Source: Basidiobolus meristosporus CBS 931.73 (Eukaryota > Fungi > Basidiobolomycota). From it: a stretch of DNA of 64,000 nucleotides. The position numbers were made by a program, and so were the translations under genes. Location: the NCBI GenBank assembly GCA_002104905.1, contig MCFE01000197.1:70374-134373 (forward strand), read 5' to 3'. The notes beneath the pieces were generated by a model. It was not told the DNA's origin and searched no databases. It saw nothing but the letters and a program-made list of their open reading frames with translations. Positions within the stretch are counted from its first letter, which is position 1. Every line of letters starts with the position of its first letter. Positions 49,924-62,883 of the stretch are shown one piece after another.

Positions 49924-51652
49924 AATTCACTGGGCCATTACATCTATGCTATCAGCTACTGCACCAAATTGCCTCATTAATGCTTTGCTATGACTAGACA
50001 ATATACTTGCTAATATAGGTGGTGGTGAAGTTATGGCAGCCACTTGCTGTACTTCAACTAAAGGTACTGCTTTTGCTACTTTCTCATCTGGCACAGCATT
50101 ATGGTCAGCTTGTGGCTCTGCAGAGATTCCCAATTGCCTACTTGACTGAGAGCCTGAGGAGTCCGCATTATTACCTTTAGAGGGCTCACTGTACACAGGG
50201 CCTTTTTTGGCTGTAGCACTGCTTTTTGTATTGAATATCACAGCAAGCTGTTGTCTAGCTGTCTGTCTGCTGCTGTCAGCGGTGGGGTTTGGTTGGGAAC
50301 CAGGTAACTTTGCTTTGTTTTTTGATGGCATATATATGGAAGTGAGTCAAACCAAATGGGAACAGTGTTACATATACATGTGTATGTGGTGCCACAAATT
50401 TATTTGTAATGCTCAATATGTCAGGTCATCGCTGAATCTTACATTCATATAGGTGCAATGTCTAAAATATAGGACTGTCATAAATTCACATGAGTATTGA
50501 CAAAAAAGTGATATAATAGCATTACATTGTTTAGTGTTAAACTGTTTACCCCATAGACTAGACTACTTTGATTCAATGCAGTAAGAGAAGAGAAAAAAGA
50601 CTATGTGACTATTGTGGCAAGCCTCTTGGCCATGAAGCATGCAGACAGCATAGGAAGTATTACAAGGATCCTCTATGAAAAATAATTTGGTCCCACAGGT
50701 GAATCCAATCCAAATCATCCATCAAAATCCTGCTTAGAGACCGTCATAATAACAGCAGCTTGGAATTAGTGACCCTCCTGACAATATTATAACAAGATCA
50801 TGACAGTGTTTTGCAAATTTTACAGCCAAATAAAGGGATAAAGCTTGACAATTTTTGATTGGTGCTGTGATAATATTTGCATGGCATTGTTGCGGTCTTT
50901 CAGCACTCTATTGCAATTTTAAGTGGATCCAGTTGGTCAGGACTTCCAATTGCCTAATATGGCAAGAAACTTAATGGTATCTTGACGGCCTCACAGCAAG
51001 ACTCTGATGGCTTTTTCTTGGCAGTATGACAGCCTGCCGCTGGTACTGTATAATGCCACCGTACCAATTTACCAAATGGTATTTCCTTTTTCTACCTCCC
51101 CTTGTGCAACTCATATATTCCACTGTAGAATCACCTTTCTTTATTTGCTTGCCCCCTACTACCTTGGGTATTCCACATATAGTTCAAATCAAAAAAAACT
51201 ATGGCCTCCTGCTTACTAACCTCTACAAACACGCACACCTGCTGCAATTGACATACTTCTATTACCTCAACTTTACGGCTTTTTAGTGTGAAACTTGCAA
51301 TGTTGCCATATACCTTGTACTGCTGGTAGCATATACATCTTGCAAACATATGCTTGGTTGTTGCCACTTCTGCCATGAATACCTCCTGATTATTGGCAAA
51401 GAACTTCTTAGTATTTGGCCAATATATTCCTTCTCCCTGCTGGATTCTAGTCCCCCTTATAGGTGCGCTCTGGCTTTTGTTTGTGTGAATTCTGTATTTA
51501 ATGGTGTAGAAGTTGGCTTGTGACCACAAGAAATCCGGCATATCTAGGTGGAGTTTTCCTGATAAAAATTGGTTGCTTGTTGCACCCTACCCAACTTTGC
51601 ATTACTATACTGATTACCCACGCATTGGGGCTGCTTAGCTTCTTAAAATGCA

Positions 51653-52078
51653 TAGCACTATCTTGGTCCACTGGTACTATCTGGCACTATATTTAAATAT
51701 TAGCCCTAAAGTAGAACCTATACAAAGCACTTATAGTGCCAGATAGTACCAGTGGACCAAGATAGTGCCATACATTTTTGTGACATGCTACAAACCTGTG
51801 GGGCTAGATTTAGAGTGCCATGGGTATTATGTACCAGATGCATATCTTCAGTCTGTCTGTGCTCTTTTATGTCATGCACAATTTTGATCCCAAAAAAAAG
51901 GTTAAAAAAAAGATTTTCTCCCGCACAGTAGGTGAAACACAGGGGCTGCATTGCATGAATATTCAGAACTATATGTCACACTCTGTGGCCAAGTTTAGGT
52001 CTGCTATGAATCTCAGGCACACTATGGCACTATTTGGCACTCATGGCTCAATGTGGCACTATCCAACAGAACAAGTCT
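51653..52078. mobile_element. FB element, left arm mostly deleted
   Basis: Retains the spacer TATATTTAAATATTAGCCCTAAAGT and a full right arm ending GAACAAGTCT. Confidence 0.85.
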
Positions 52079-53184
52079 ATTATATTGGATATGTTTCTGC
52101 TTGATTGATACTGAGTGCAGTACTGTATAGCTTTGCAATATTTGTTGGACTGCATCAGCTTCCTCAGATGGGGCATGACCAGAATATATCCAGAGTGTGA
52201 ACAATGTTTTCCCTCAATGGTGGTGGATTCCTGACAATTTGGACACGTTGCAACGGTAGCATTTTTGGATGTGAATGCCATGCAACTGTTAACACATGCT
52301 GGAATCAGGACAGCCTCTGAATCATATATTGCCAGCCGCATGACAGTTGTCCACATGTACCATGTACATGGTAAGTTGCATCCTGGTATGATTTTGGCAA
52401 GAAGTAGTAGTAAATCCTCAAAGCCCCCATTACTGATATTAGTGGAAACATGCCACTTCTCTAGCCACAACATTACGTCATTCACCAGTAGATGGATTAC
52501 TGGGCTCACTTAGCTCCATAAAGTATCCTTGGCATTTGTTTCAACAGGTGTTGTCTCATTGCATATAGGGATTTGACCAGGTTCATACGTGGTACTGTTG
52601 TTAGGGGAGATAGGCTCAATATCCATCAGTAAATCTTCTATGTCAGAGCTATCACTCTGCATGCCATATTCAGAAGGCTGAGGTGAGCCTAAAGGCATTG
52701 CGGACTCACCTGACTCAGTTTGTGCAAGGTGACAAAGACAGCCAGGTGCCAATATAGAGGTATCAACTGGCCGGCAAGATAATGTTGGTACAGTAGTGAC
52801 CAATGAATGGTCAAATATGACTTGGGTGGCAAAACACTGGCCATGATCCTTGTAATACTTCCTATGCTGTATGTGTGCTTCATGGCTGAGAGGCTTGCCA
52901 CAATAGCCACATGGTCTTTTTTCTCTTCTCTTATGGCATTTAGTCAAAGTAGTCTTGTCCATGGGGCAAACAGCTTGACCTTCAACAACATAACGCTATT
53001 ATATCACTTTTTGGTCAATACTCATGTGAACTTAAGACAGTCTTGTATTTGAGACATTGCACCTAGATGAATGTAAGATTCAATGATGACCCACCAAAGT
53101 AAGCATTATAAATAAAGTTGTGGCACCACATACACATGTATATGTAACACTATTTCCCCTTTGGTTTGACTCACTTCCATATAT

Positions 53185-55263
53185 ATGCCACCAAAAAATA
53201 AAGCAAAGTTGTCTGGTTCTCAACCAAACCCCACCGCTGATGGCAACAGAAGAACAGTTGGCCAACAGCTTGCTTTGACACTCAGTACAACAAGCAGGGC
53301 TACATCCAAAAAAGGCCCTGTGGACAGTGTGCCCATTGAAGGTAATAATGCAGACTCCTCAGGCTCTTAGTCAAGTAGGCAATTGAGAATCTCTGTGGAG
53401 CCACAAGCTGACCATTATGCTCAGGCAGATGAAAATGTAGCAAACAAAGTACCCTCTGTTGAAGATCAGCAAGTGGCCATGATAACATCACCACCACCCA
53501 TATTAGCAAGTATGTTGTCAGCTCATACCAAAGCATTAATGAAGCAATTTAGTGTAGTGGCTGATAGGATAGATGCAATGGCCCAGAGAAATCAGGAAGT
53601 AGTCCAGAAACAGGATGAGCGGATAATATATGTAGAGCAATCAATATCCCAGGTAGAGAAAGCAGTATCTTTGCTGCAAAGAAGGAACTCAAGTAGCTCA
53701 ATGTTGCAGCCACGAATTGAGCCATTTCCCAATGTAACTGCAGAGGAACACCGTACCGTCTTTGAAGCACAACAACAGTACCCAAAGATAAAGCCCACAG
53801 AAAACCTATCACAGCATGGGAGGGAGACAATGTGGTGTTTATACCAAAGCCTAAAAATTAAAAGACATTGAAGATATGTGAAGCCGTTGAGTGCAATAAT
53901 GAAGAGTGGGCTAATATACAAGAGGCCGTCCAAGGTCTAGCACAGCATCACCTTAAGGCCAGCATACCATGGGACCATCAGGAGCTCAAGGTCAAGCAGA
54001 ATGCACTTGACTTGTTCCATGAGCATTAACCTGGATTCAAATGGGCAAACAGATTTTGGGCCAGCATTGGTATGCTAAGAAAGTATTTTAAGAACAGGAG
54101 AAACTATCAAAGGCAGAAGAACAAGGGTGCCATGGCTAAAAACCAGCGGCTTCCTCAAGTGCCTGTTACAAGCAGGGCCAAAAGCTCCAGACAAGCATCA
54201 AAGAGATGTCAGGCAGCTGGAAGAGTGCCAATTGAGGACAAGCAGGCAGACATGGATGCACCAGCACAACATTTATCAAGGAAAAAGCGTAGTACCACTC
54301 AAGAAGCACCCAGTCAAAGTAGCAGTGAAGGACCTGGCAGTGATAAAAACCAGCCGCTTTTACAGGAGCCTGTCATAACTACGGTTGAGAGCTCAAAACA
54401 AGCTGAAAAGAAATGTCAGGTTGCCAGAAGAATGCCTGCAATGGATAAGTAGGGCAAAACAGATGCATCAGAGCAGAATTCATGAAGGAGAAAATGTAGT
54501 TCTTTACAAGAAGCACTTAGACAAAGTAGCAGTGAGAGACCTGGCAGTGATAAAGGAAAAGGTAAAGGGAAAAATGTGTACCCAAGCCTGAGAGAGGGAG
54601 GCATGCAAAAAAAACTGCAGTTCTTGCCAATTAACACAGCAAGCCAGGAACAGACTGAATCCCATCATAGCTAAGAAGAATTACCAACAAGAAAACAGCT
54701 GTTTTCACAAGAGTTGGAAGTGCAGCCAGTTGAGCTACACTCCAGCAAGGTAGATGTGTTTGTTGAAAAAGGTAATTTGTCTACCACTGCCTCCACAGCC
54801 CCCACAGCCTCCATTGTTAACAGAGCGGAGATCCCACTGACAGACAAGGCTACAATGTCAAGAGCTTGAAAGACTATCACAATGCCTTCAGTGGAGTTTT
54901 GGAACATTAATAGGCACACCAAGAAGTTGCAGCACTTCTTTAAGAGCAGTGCTCAAGAAAACGCACTGGAATATTGCAAGGATTTATTGCAAAGACTGGC
55001 AGATGAGTAGCTAGACCTTGCAGTGCCAGCTGAAGGCCAAGACATGTGGGAACCAGTGAATGAACAGTGGCATAAAGCCGTTGGGTTCCCGCCAAAGTTA
55101 TGGAACCAGAGCATTACAGCAGAAATACTAATTGAGTAGTGGATTTTAATGGAGTTACTTGTTGAGTGTGGGGTTGGGCTTAATGTTAGTGTAGGGTATA
55201 GAGACTTATATAGGTCAATACAATTGGCAATTGAGGTACAACTGAATTTTCAACAGAAATAAA
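53185..55263 (+). pseudogene. CMC-1 ORF2, accessory protein of unknown function (about 690 codons reconstructed)
   Basis: ORF pieces 53185-53370, 53383-53871 and 54072-54452 join through a few stops and one frameshift. It has a coiled-coil-like segment, a helical domain (EEWANIQEAVQGLAQHHL...W..Q...PGF...FWASIGMLRKYFKNRR) and a low-complexity region. Homologues at 18040, 24870, 50331 and 60047. Confidence 0.7.
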
Positions 55264-56078
55264 TCAATTTGTACGCATGAAAAGTAAGAGAAATGATTGA
55301 GTCAGGAAGTAAGGAGTGTGAAAAAGAGGTAATAGCCAATCAATTCACACAAACATAGGATGCAATAGAGTGTCTGGGATCAGAAAGTGCGCAAATTGGC
55401 AGGGAACCAATCAAAAGCCACTCATACATTGTTGTGATGAAAAATTTGACAAAGTTTTTTGTGAAATCTGGGGTGCAATTATTTTTCAACGGTCTCTGGA
55501 TGGTGTCCTGACAAGATCAGTACCTCTCAGTCATGGGACATTAACTTTGTGATGGCCTTTTGACGGGATCATCTCAATAATTTTTCATAGGGTATCAAGG
55601 CCAGTATTTTGCCACACAACTCATGTTTGACCATTCACCAGTAACTACTGCACTAACAATCTTGCCAGCCACTTGATACTTCTATAATTGCACCTAGCCA
55701 TACTTGTCACCTTCCACATACTGAGTCAGGTGAGTTTGTGACACCTTTAGGCCCACTGCAGCCTTCTGAATATGGCACGTAGAGTGATAGCTCTGAAGAA
55801 ACAGGCTTACTTATGGATAGTGAACCTATCTTCCCTAATAACAGTACCCTGCATGCACCTGACAAAATCCCATTATGCAATGAGACAACACCTGTAAAAA
55901 AAAATACCTAGGATCCTTTATGAAGTCAAGTGAGCCTAGTAATCTATCAACTGGTGAATGATGTGATGTTGTGGCTAGGGAAGTGGCGTGCTTCCACTAA
56001 TATCAGCTATGGGGGCCTTGAGGACTTATCACCACTTCTTGCCAAAATCATTCTAGGATGCAGCCTACCATATACATG

Positions 56079-56470
56079 AGACTTGTTCCATTGGATAGTG
56101 CCACATTGAGCCATGAGTGCCAAATGATGCCATAGTGTGCCAGAGGGGCCAAGTGGACCTATACTTGCCCACAGAGTGTGAATTATAGCTCTGCATCTTC
56201 ATGCAAAGCAGCCCCTCTGTTTCATGCATTGTGTTGGAGAAAATCCATTTTTTGACCTTTTTTTTAGGATAATGTTGTGCAGGATGTGTAAGAACACAAA
56301 AGGATTGAAGACATGCATCATAGGTGAAACACAGGGGCTGCTTTGCAAAAAGATGTAGAGCTGTGTTTCACACTCTGGGGCCAAGTATAGGTTCACTTGG
56401 CCTCTCTGGCACACTATGGGATCATTTGGCACTCATGGCCCAAAGTGGCACTATCCAACAGCACAAGTCT
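56079..56470. mobile_element. Centrally deleted FB element, 3-bp TSD ATG
   Basis: AGACTTGTTCC...CACAAGTCT ends, ATG at 56076-56078 and 56471-56473, and the flanks rejoin into transposase (TACATGGTATAAATGG). Confidence 0.9.
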
Positions 56471-57596
56471 ATGGTATAAATGGACAACCATCATGTGGCT
56501 AGCAACATATCACCCAGAGACTGTCCTGATACATGCATGTGCTAAAAGTTGCATGGTATTCACATTAGAAAATGCCACCATTGCAAGGTGTCCAACTTGT
56601 TAGGAATCTACCACCTTTGGGGGAAGACATTACTCACACTCTAGACATATTCCAGTAATACCCCATCTAAAGAAGCTCATGCAGTCCAACATATATTGTG
56701 AAGCTATAAAGTACTGCACTCAGTACTGATCAAGAGCAAACATATCAAATATATACAATGGTAAGCATTACAAACAGCTAAGAAGCAAGGGCTACTTTGA
56801 TGGTATGTATGACTATGTCTTTGTCTTGGCACTTGATGGATTCTCATTAAACAGGTACTCTACCAGCAAATCTTGCTGGCCACTGATTCTCATCAACCTG
56901 AATTTGCTACCTATTGTACAGTATCAGAGCAGGAATCTGATAGTAGTCTCACTGGTATCTGGGCCTAAATCACTGCCCAATCTGGATAGCTCCCTGTATC
57001 CATTGCTGAATGAATTTTGTATGCGTTCCAGCAGGATGACACTAAATGGCCATCATGTCAATTCCCATATTATTATCTGCATTGAAGATACCCCAGCCAT
57101 CTGCAAGATGGCCGGCTTTTCTAGGCACAATGGATGGTACTGTTGTCAAACATGTGAGATCCAGGGGACTTCCTCCAGAACTCACACACACTATTATTAC
57201 CCAAATACCAATACAAAGAACATCATCTTTCTGCAAAGAGAACATATAGAAGTCTGCATGCAATTGCAGCAAAGTTGGCAAGCTATGAGCCATTGGCCAG
57301 AATATGGAATTAATTGGAAATCAGGGATACTTAAGATAAAGGGTATCTGCTGGAACAAAAGCTTTCTGCTGGGAGCAATGCATTTGCCTTTCAACAATAT
57401 CCTTATACTGATGACCAAGTTGTACATGCAACTTTTCAAGCAAAATAAGCCCTTTGAGATACTGTAGAAATTTGAAAGAATTGGCAAGATATTACAGAGT
57501 ATTTGCTACCCTAAGTACTTCTCACAGGCTGCAATCAACATTCATACATGTATGCAACAATACAAGTGCAAGGACTGGATGAACTGGATAGGTAAT

Positions 57597-59190
57597 AGAC
57601 TTGTTCTGTTGGATAGTGCCACATTGAGCCATGAGTGCAAAATGATGCCATAGTGTGCCAGAGAGGCCAAGCAAGCCTATACCTTGCCACAGAGTGTGAA
57701 ACATAGCTCTTCATCTTCATGCAAAGCAGCCACTGTGTTTCACCCATTGTGTTGGAGAAAATCAATTTTTTGACCTTTTTTTTTTGGATCAATGTTGTGC
57801 AGGATGTTCAAGAGCACAAGCAGATTGAAGATATGCATCTGGTACTCAATACCCATGGCACTCTGAATCTAGCTCCTGTGGCTTGTAACATGTTACAAAA
57901 ATGAATGGCACTATCTTGGTCCACTGGTACTATCTGGCACTATATTTAAATATTAGCCCTTTTTCTATCAGGAAAACTCTACCAAGGTATGCCAGATTTC
58001 TCTTGGTCGCAAGCCAATTTCTACACAATTCAACATGGAATTCACACAAACAAAAGCCAGAGCACACTTATAAGGGGGACTAGAATTCAGCAGGGAGAAG
58101 GAATATATTGGCTAAATACCAAAAAGTTCTTTGCGGATATTCAGGAGATATTCATGGCAAAAGTGGTGGCAACCAAGCATATGTTTGCAAGATGTATATG
58201 TTACCAGCAATACAAGGTATGTGGCAACTTTGCAAGCATCACACTAAAAAGCTGTAAATCTGATGCCATAGAAGTATGTCAATTGTGTCAGGTGTGCAGA
58301 TATGTAGAAGTTAGTAAGCAGAAGGCCATAGTATTTTGATTTGGAGTATATGTGGAATACCCAAGATAGTAGTAGGTTAGCAATTAAAGGGGGGTGATTC
58401 TACAGTGGAATATATGAATTGTGCAAGGGGAAGTAGAGAAGGAAACCCCATCTGGTAAATTTGTATGGGAGCATTATACAAAACTAGCTGTGAGCCACCA
58501 TACTGCCATAATAATGCCATCAATGGCTTACAACAAGTCAATCAAACACTGTCAAGTTTTTTGCCATATAAGGCAATTGGATGTATTAGCTGGTTAGATC
58601 CACTCAGATAGCTGTAAAGGGCACTAAGACTGCAACAATGTCATGCCACCCTAGGCAAGACACTATACAAACACTGTTATATTTTTCAACTTTATTTGGC
58701 TGCAAAATTAGCAAAATGCCATTGTGATCCCATCATAAGATTTTGTAGATGGTCATTAATTCCAAGCTGCTGGTATTAAAGCAGTTTCCAGATGGGATCT
58801 TGATGGCTGATATGGATTGGATCCACCTGCTGGACCAAATTATTTTTCCTAGGGATAGTGCCAGTGGACCAAGATAGTGCCATGAATTTTTGTGAAATGT
58901 TACAAGCCACAGGAGCTAGATTCAGAGTGCCATGGGTATTGGGTAGTAGATACATGTCTTCAGTTTATTTATGCTCTTACACATCCTGCACAACATTGAT
59001 CCCAATACAAAGGTTAAAAAATGAACTTTTTGCAGCACAATGGATGAAACACAGGGGCTGCTTTGTGCAAAGATGAAGAGCAATATTTCACACTCTGTGG
59101 CTGAATTTGGGTCTACTATGCCTCTCTGGCACACAATGGCACTATTTGGCACTCATAGCTCAATTTGGCACTCTACAACTGAACCAGTCT
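57597..59190. mobile_element. FB element carrying a CMC-1 end in its centre, 3-bp TSD AAT
   Basis: Left arm 57597-57960, CMC-1 transposase tail plus TIR at about 57961-58854, right arm 58855-59190, AAT at 57594-57596 and 59191-59193. Confidence 0.82.
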
Positions 59191-62100
59191 AATGCTCATA
59201 GAACTGATCAAGCACATTCTGCTTAGCCTTGAGTTCTTGATGGTCCCATGGTATGCCAGCCTTGATATGATGCATGCTAGATTTCTTACAGCCTTTTGAA
59301 TATTAGCCCACTCTTCCTCACTGCACTCAATAGCTTCATGGAACCACAATGTGCTCAGCTTTATAGTCTTGGGTATAGGGATCATAGACACTACCTTTCC
59401 TGCTGTGATGGATTCTCTGTGTGCTTTATGTTTGGGCACTGTACTTGTGCTTCAAAGACTATGTGGTGTTCCTCCACTATTATATTGTGAAATGGCTCAT
59501 TTCTTGGCTGTGATACTGAGTGACTAGATTTCCTTCTTTGCAGCCTAAACACTGAATTCTCCACCAAGCATATTGAATGCTCCACACATATTATCCACTC
59601 ATCCTGCCGCTGGGATATTTCCTGATCTCTCCAGGCTATTGTGTCTATCCTATTAGCCACTGCACCCAATAGCATCCTTGATGCTTTGGTATGAGCTGAC
59701 AACATACTTGTTAATACTGGTGGTGATCTTTTGATGGCCATTTGCTACTTTTCTACCAGAGGTGCTGTGTCTGCTGCATTCTAATCAGCCAAAGCATTAT
59801 GATCAGCTTGCAGATCTGCAGAGATTCTCAATTGCCTACTTGACTGAGAGCCTGAGAAGTCCATATTATTACCTTTAGGAGGGACACTTTTGGCATGGTC
59901 TTTTCTAGATGTTGCCCTGCTTGTTGCACTACATGTCAGAGCATGCTGTTGTCCAACCATTTCTCTGCTGTTGTTGGCAGTGGGGCTTGGTTGGGAACCA
60001 GACTGCTTTGCTGTATTTTTGGCAGCATAGATATGGAAGTGAGCCAAACCAAATGGGAAGTAGTGTTACACATACATGTGTAGGTGGTGCCATGGCTTTA
60101 TTTATAATGCTAACCAAGGTGAGGAATAATTGAATCTTACGTTCAAGTAGGCGCAGTATCTCAAATACAAAACTGTCTTAAATTTGCATGAGTATTGACA
60201 AAAAAATGATTTAGTATCATTATGCTGTTGAGTGACAAGCTGTATGCCCCAAGGACAACACTACTTTGACTCAAAGCGTTAAGTGATAGGAATAACATAC
60301 ATATGGCTATTGTAATAAGACTCCTGGCCATGAGGTATGCAGAGGGAATAGGGAGTACTCTAAGGATCATGGCCAGTATTTTGCAACACAAGTCATATCT
60401 GAACCTTCATCAGTCACTACTGTACCAACAAAATCTTGCCAGTCACTTGATACTTCAATAATGGCACTCAGCCATACTTGCCACCTTGCACACACTGACT
60501 CAGGTGAATTTGCAACACCTTTTGGCTCACCTTAGCCTTCTGAATATGGCCCATAGATTGATAGCCTGGAAGAAAAAGGCTCACTGATTGATTGTGAGCT
60601 ATCTCCTCTCACAACAGCATCCTGCATGAGCCTGGCAAATTCCTAATGTGCTATTAGACAACACTTGTGGGAGAAAAAGCCAAGAACACTTTAGGGGGTC
60701 AAGTGGGCCCAGTAATCCATCTACTGGCAAATGATGCAATGTTGTGGCTAGAGAAGTGGTGTACTTCCCCTAATATTGGTAATGGGGGCCTGAGGATTTA
60801 CTGCAACTTCTTGCCAAAATCATTCCAGAATGCAACTTATCATGCACTAAGTATAAGTGGAAAACTGTCATGCAGCTGGTGATATATGACCCAGAGACCA
60901 TTCTGATACCAGCATGTGATAACAGTTACATGGTGTCACATCAGAAAATGCCATCATTGCAAAGTGTTTAACTTGTCATGAATCTACCATCACAGGAGGA
61001 AAACATTGTTCAAACTTGGGATATACTCCAGTAATACCCCATCTGAAGAAGCTCATTCAGTTCAACAAATACTGCAAAGCTTTAAAGTACTGCCCTCAGC
61101 TTCAATAAAGCATAAGCATTTCCAGTATATTTGATGGCAATATTACAAGTAACTAAGAAGCAAGGGCTACTCTAATGGTATGTATTGCTATAAATTTCTT
61201 GGAGATATTGGAAGTGATTGGGAGAACAAGTAGATTTTGCCTTGGCACTTGATGGATTCCCACTTAGCAAGTACTTTAGCAGCAAATTATGCTGGCTACT
61301 GACCCTCATCAACCTGAATCTGCTGCCAATCTTACAGTATCAGAGCAAATATCTGATGGTAGCCTCACTGGTATCCAGATCTATATCACTGTCCAGTCTG
61401 GATAGCTACCTATACCCATTGCTGGAAGAATTTTGTATGCTATCCAGTGGGGTACTAGTAAATGACTGTCATTTCAAAGTGCATGTTATTATCTGCATTG
61501 GAGATACCCCAGCCATCAGCAAGAAATCAGGCTTTTCTGGGCACAATTGAGAGTATTGGTGTCAAATATGTGAGATCCAGGGTATTTGCTCCATAGGTCA
61601 AACACATCATTATTATCCAAACACTAATATTAAGAACACCATCTTACCACAGAGAGAACATACAGAAGTTAGTATGCAATTGCAGCAAATTGGGCAAGTA
61701 ATAAGCCATTAGCCAGAATATGGAATTATTCAAAAGCTGGAGTTACTGAAGATAGAGGGAATCTGTGTGGGCAAAAGCTTTCCACTGGGAGCATTGCATT
61801 TGCTCTTTGACAACATCCCTCTAGAAATGACCAAATTGTAGTTGGGGCATTTTAAGCTGAATGAGCCCTTTGAGATACCGGAAAATTTTGAAAGAATTGG
61901 CAAGATATTACAGAGTATCTGCTACTCATAGTATTTTGCACAAGCTCCAATCAATATTCATATGCATATGCAACAATACACATGCAAGTACTGGATGAAC
62001 TGGTTATGCATTTATTCAAGTGGCTGTCTGGAGCCATTTCTACCAAGTGTACATTGGAAGCATTGGAAGTCACATGCTAACATTGTAGGAATATTTGTCC

Positions 62101-62530
62101 AGAAGCAGATCACCAATACCAACTTGATGCATCTACAGCTTTTATGTGGGGAGTTTGTGATGGGATTTGAGTGGCTATACTACAAGCATAGAGCTGAATG
62201 TGTAGATCTCTGCTGCTACTGCAACCATTCTCTACTCCATCTGGCTTGGTGTGTGGAGAATATTGGGCCTTGCTTCACCTTTTAGGAGTTTCCTATGGAG
62301 CAGATGTGTGGGGAGATATGAAGACCAGTCAAGTTGCAAGCACCACCATATCCCAGTCTCATCAAAAATATTACCTTCAAGTCTGCCATGGATGTGATGA
62401 GTTGGCACATGGAGGACAGTCAGGAAGAGTTGGAAAATAATGAGGACAGATGTGCACATGGAGACACCTATACCTTTGGTGTTAAGAAGCTAAGCAGCCC
62501 CAATATATTTAGAAAGGTCCCAAGTACCAT
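59191..62530. mobile_element. CMC-1 copy: ORF2 5' half (minus, 59191-60047) and transposase pseudogene (plus, about 60260-62530)
   Basis: Same divergent layout as other copies. ORFs 61218-61550 and 61962-62285 carry the Tnp2 and DUF4218-like motifs. Confidence 0.82.
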
Positions 62531-62883
62531 TGTAACAGTTTTGGAGTGATTGGAAGTGATTGGGAGAACAAGTGGATCATGTGGTTTTTCACATCATGGT
62601 TTATTGAATGTAAAAGTAGCATTTACACTTTTACATGGGCTTGGGGAAAACAAACATGTGGAACATGCTTAGGAAGGTCCCAAGAACATGTGTGCAAAGT
62701 TTGGGGCTGTTTAACCACTAATCAAAAACTCATGTTTTATTTGTGAAGGGGGCATTTTGAGAACCTACATAGACCATGAGCCAGGTCACCAAGAGGAAAA
62801 ACTATAATACAGGGAAAAGAACTGCGGGCGCAGGATGGTTCAGATGTAGCCCCCCCCCCTCTTCTTCGAATCATGTTGCATAG

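Larger units (their letters stand above)
50671..55592. mobile_element. TIR-bounded CMC-1 transposon with deleted transposase (minus) and nearly complete ORF2 (plus); TSD GATC/TATC
   Basis: CTCTATGAAAAATAATTTGG at 50671, ATAATTTTTCATAGGG ending at 55592, and 4-bp flanks with one mismatch. Confidence 0.82.
49924..57590. mobile_element. CMC-1 host copy (ORF2 minus at 49927-50331; transposase plus at about 50540-50670 and 55593-57590), containing nested CMC-1 and FB
   Basis: The transposase resumes after 55592 where it stopped at 50670. ORF 56805-57467 carries LALDGF...WPLILINLNL...GPKS..LDSSLYPLLNEF...HNGWYCCQTC. Confidence 0.8.
1..62820. other. CpG-depleted, AT-rich nested transposon block (heterochromatin-like)
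   Basis: Nearly all sequence can be assigned to TE remnants. CG is very rare (about a dozen in the 5-kb G2 interior) while TG/CA are abundant. CG becomes dense abruptly from about 62,821. Confidence 0.9.

Noticed and set aside
57961-58854. A novel small gene family (MPDFSWSQANFY..., also at 20087-20365 and 51131-51541)
   Set aside because: At 20087-20430 it directly continues the transposase and leads to the TIR, so it is the CMC-1 transposase C-terminus.
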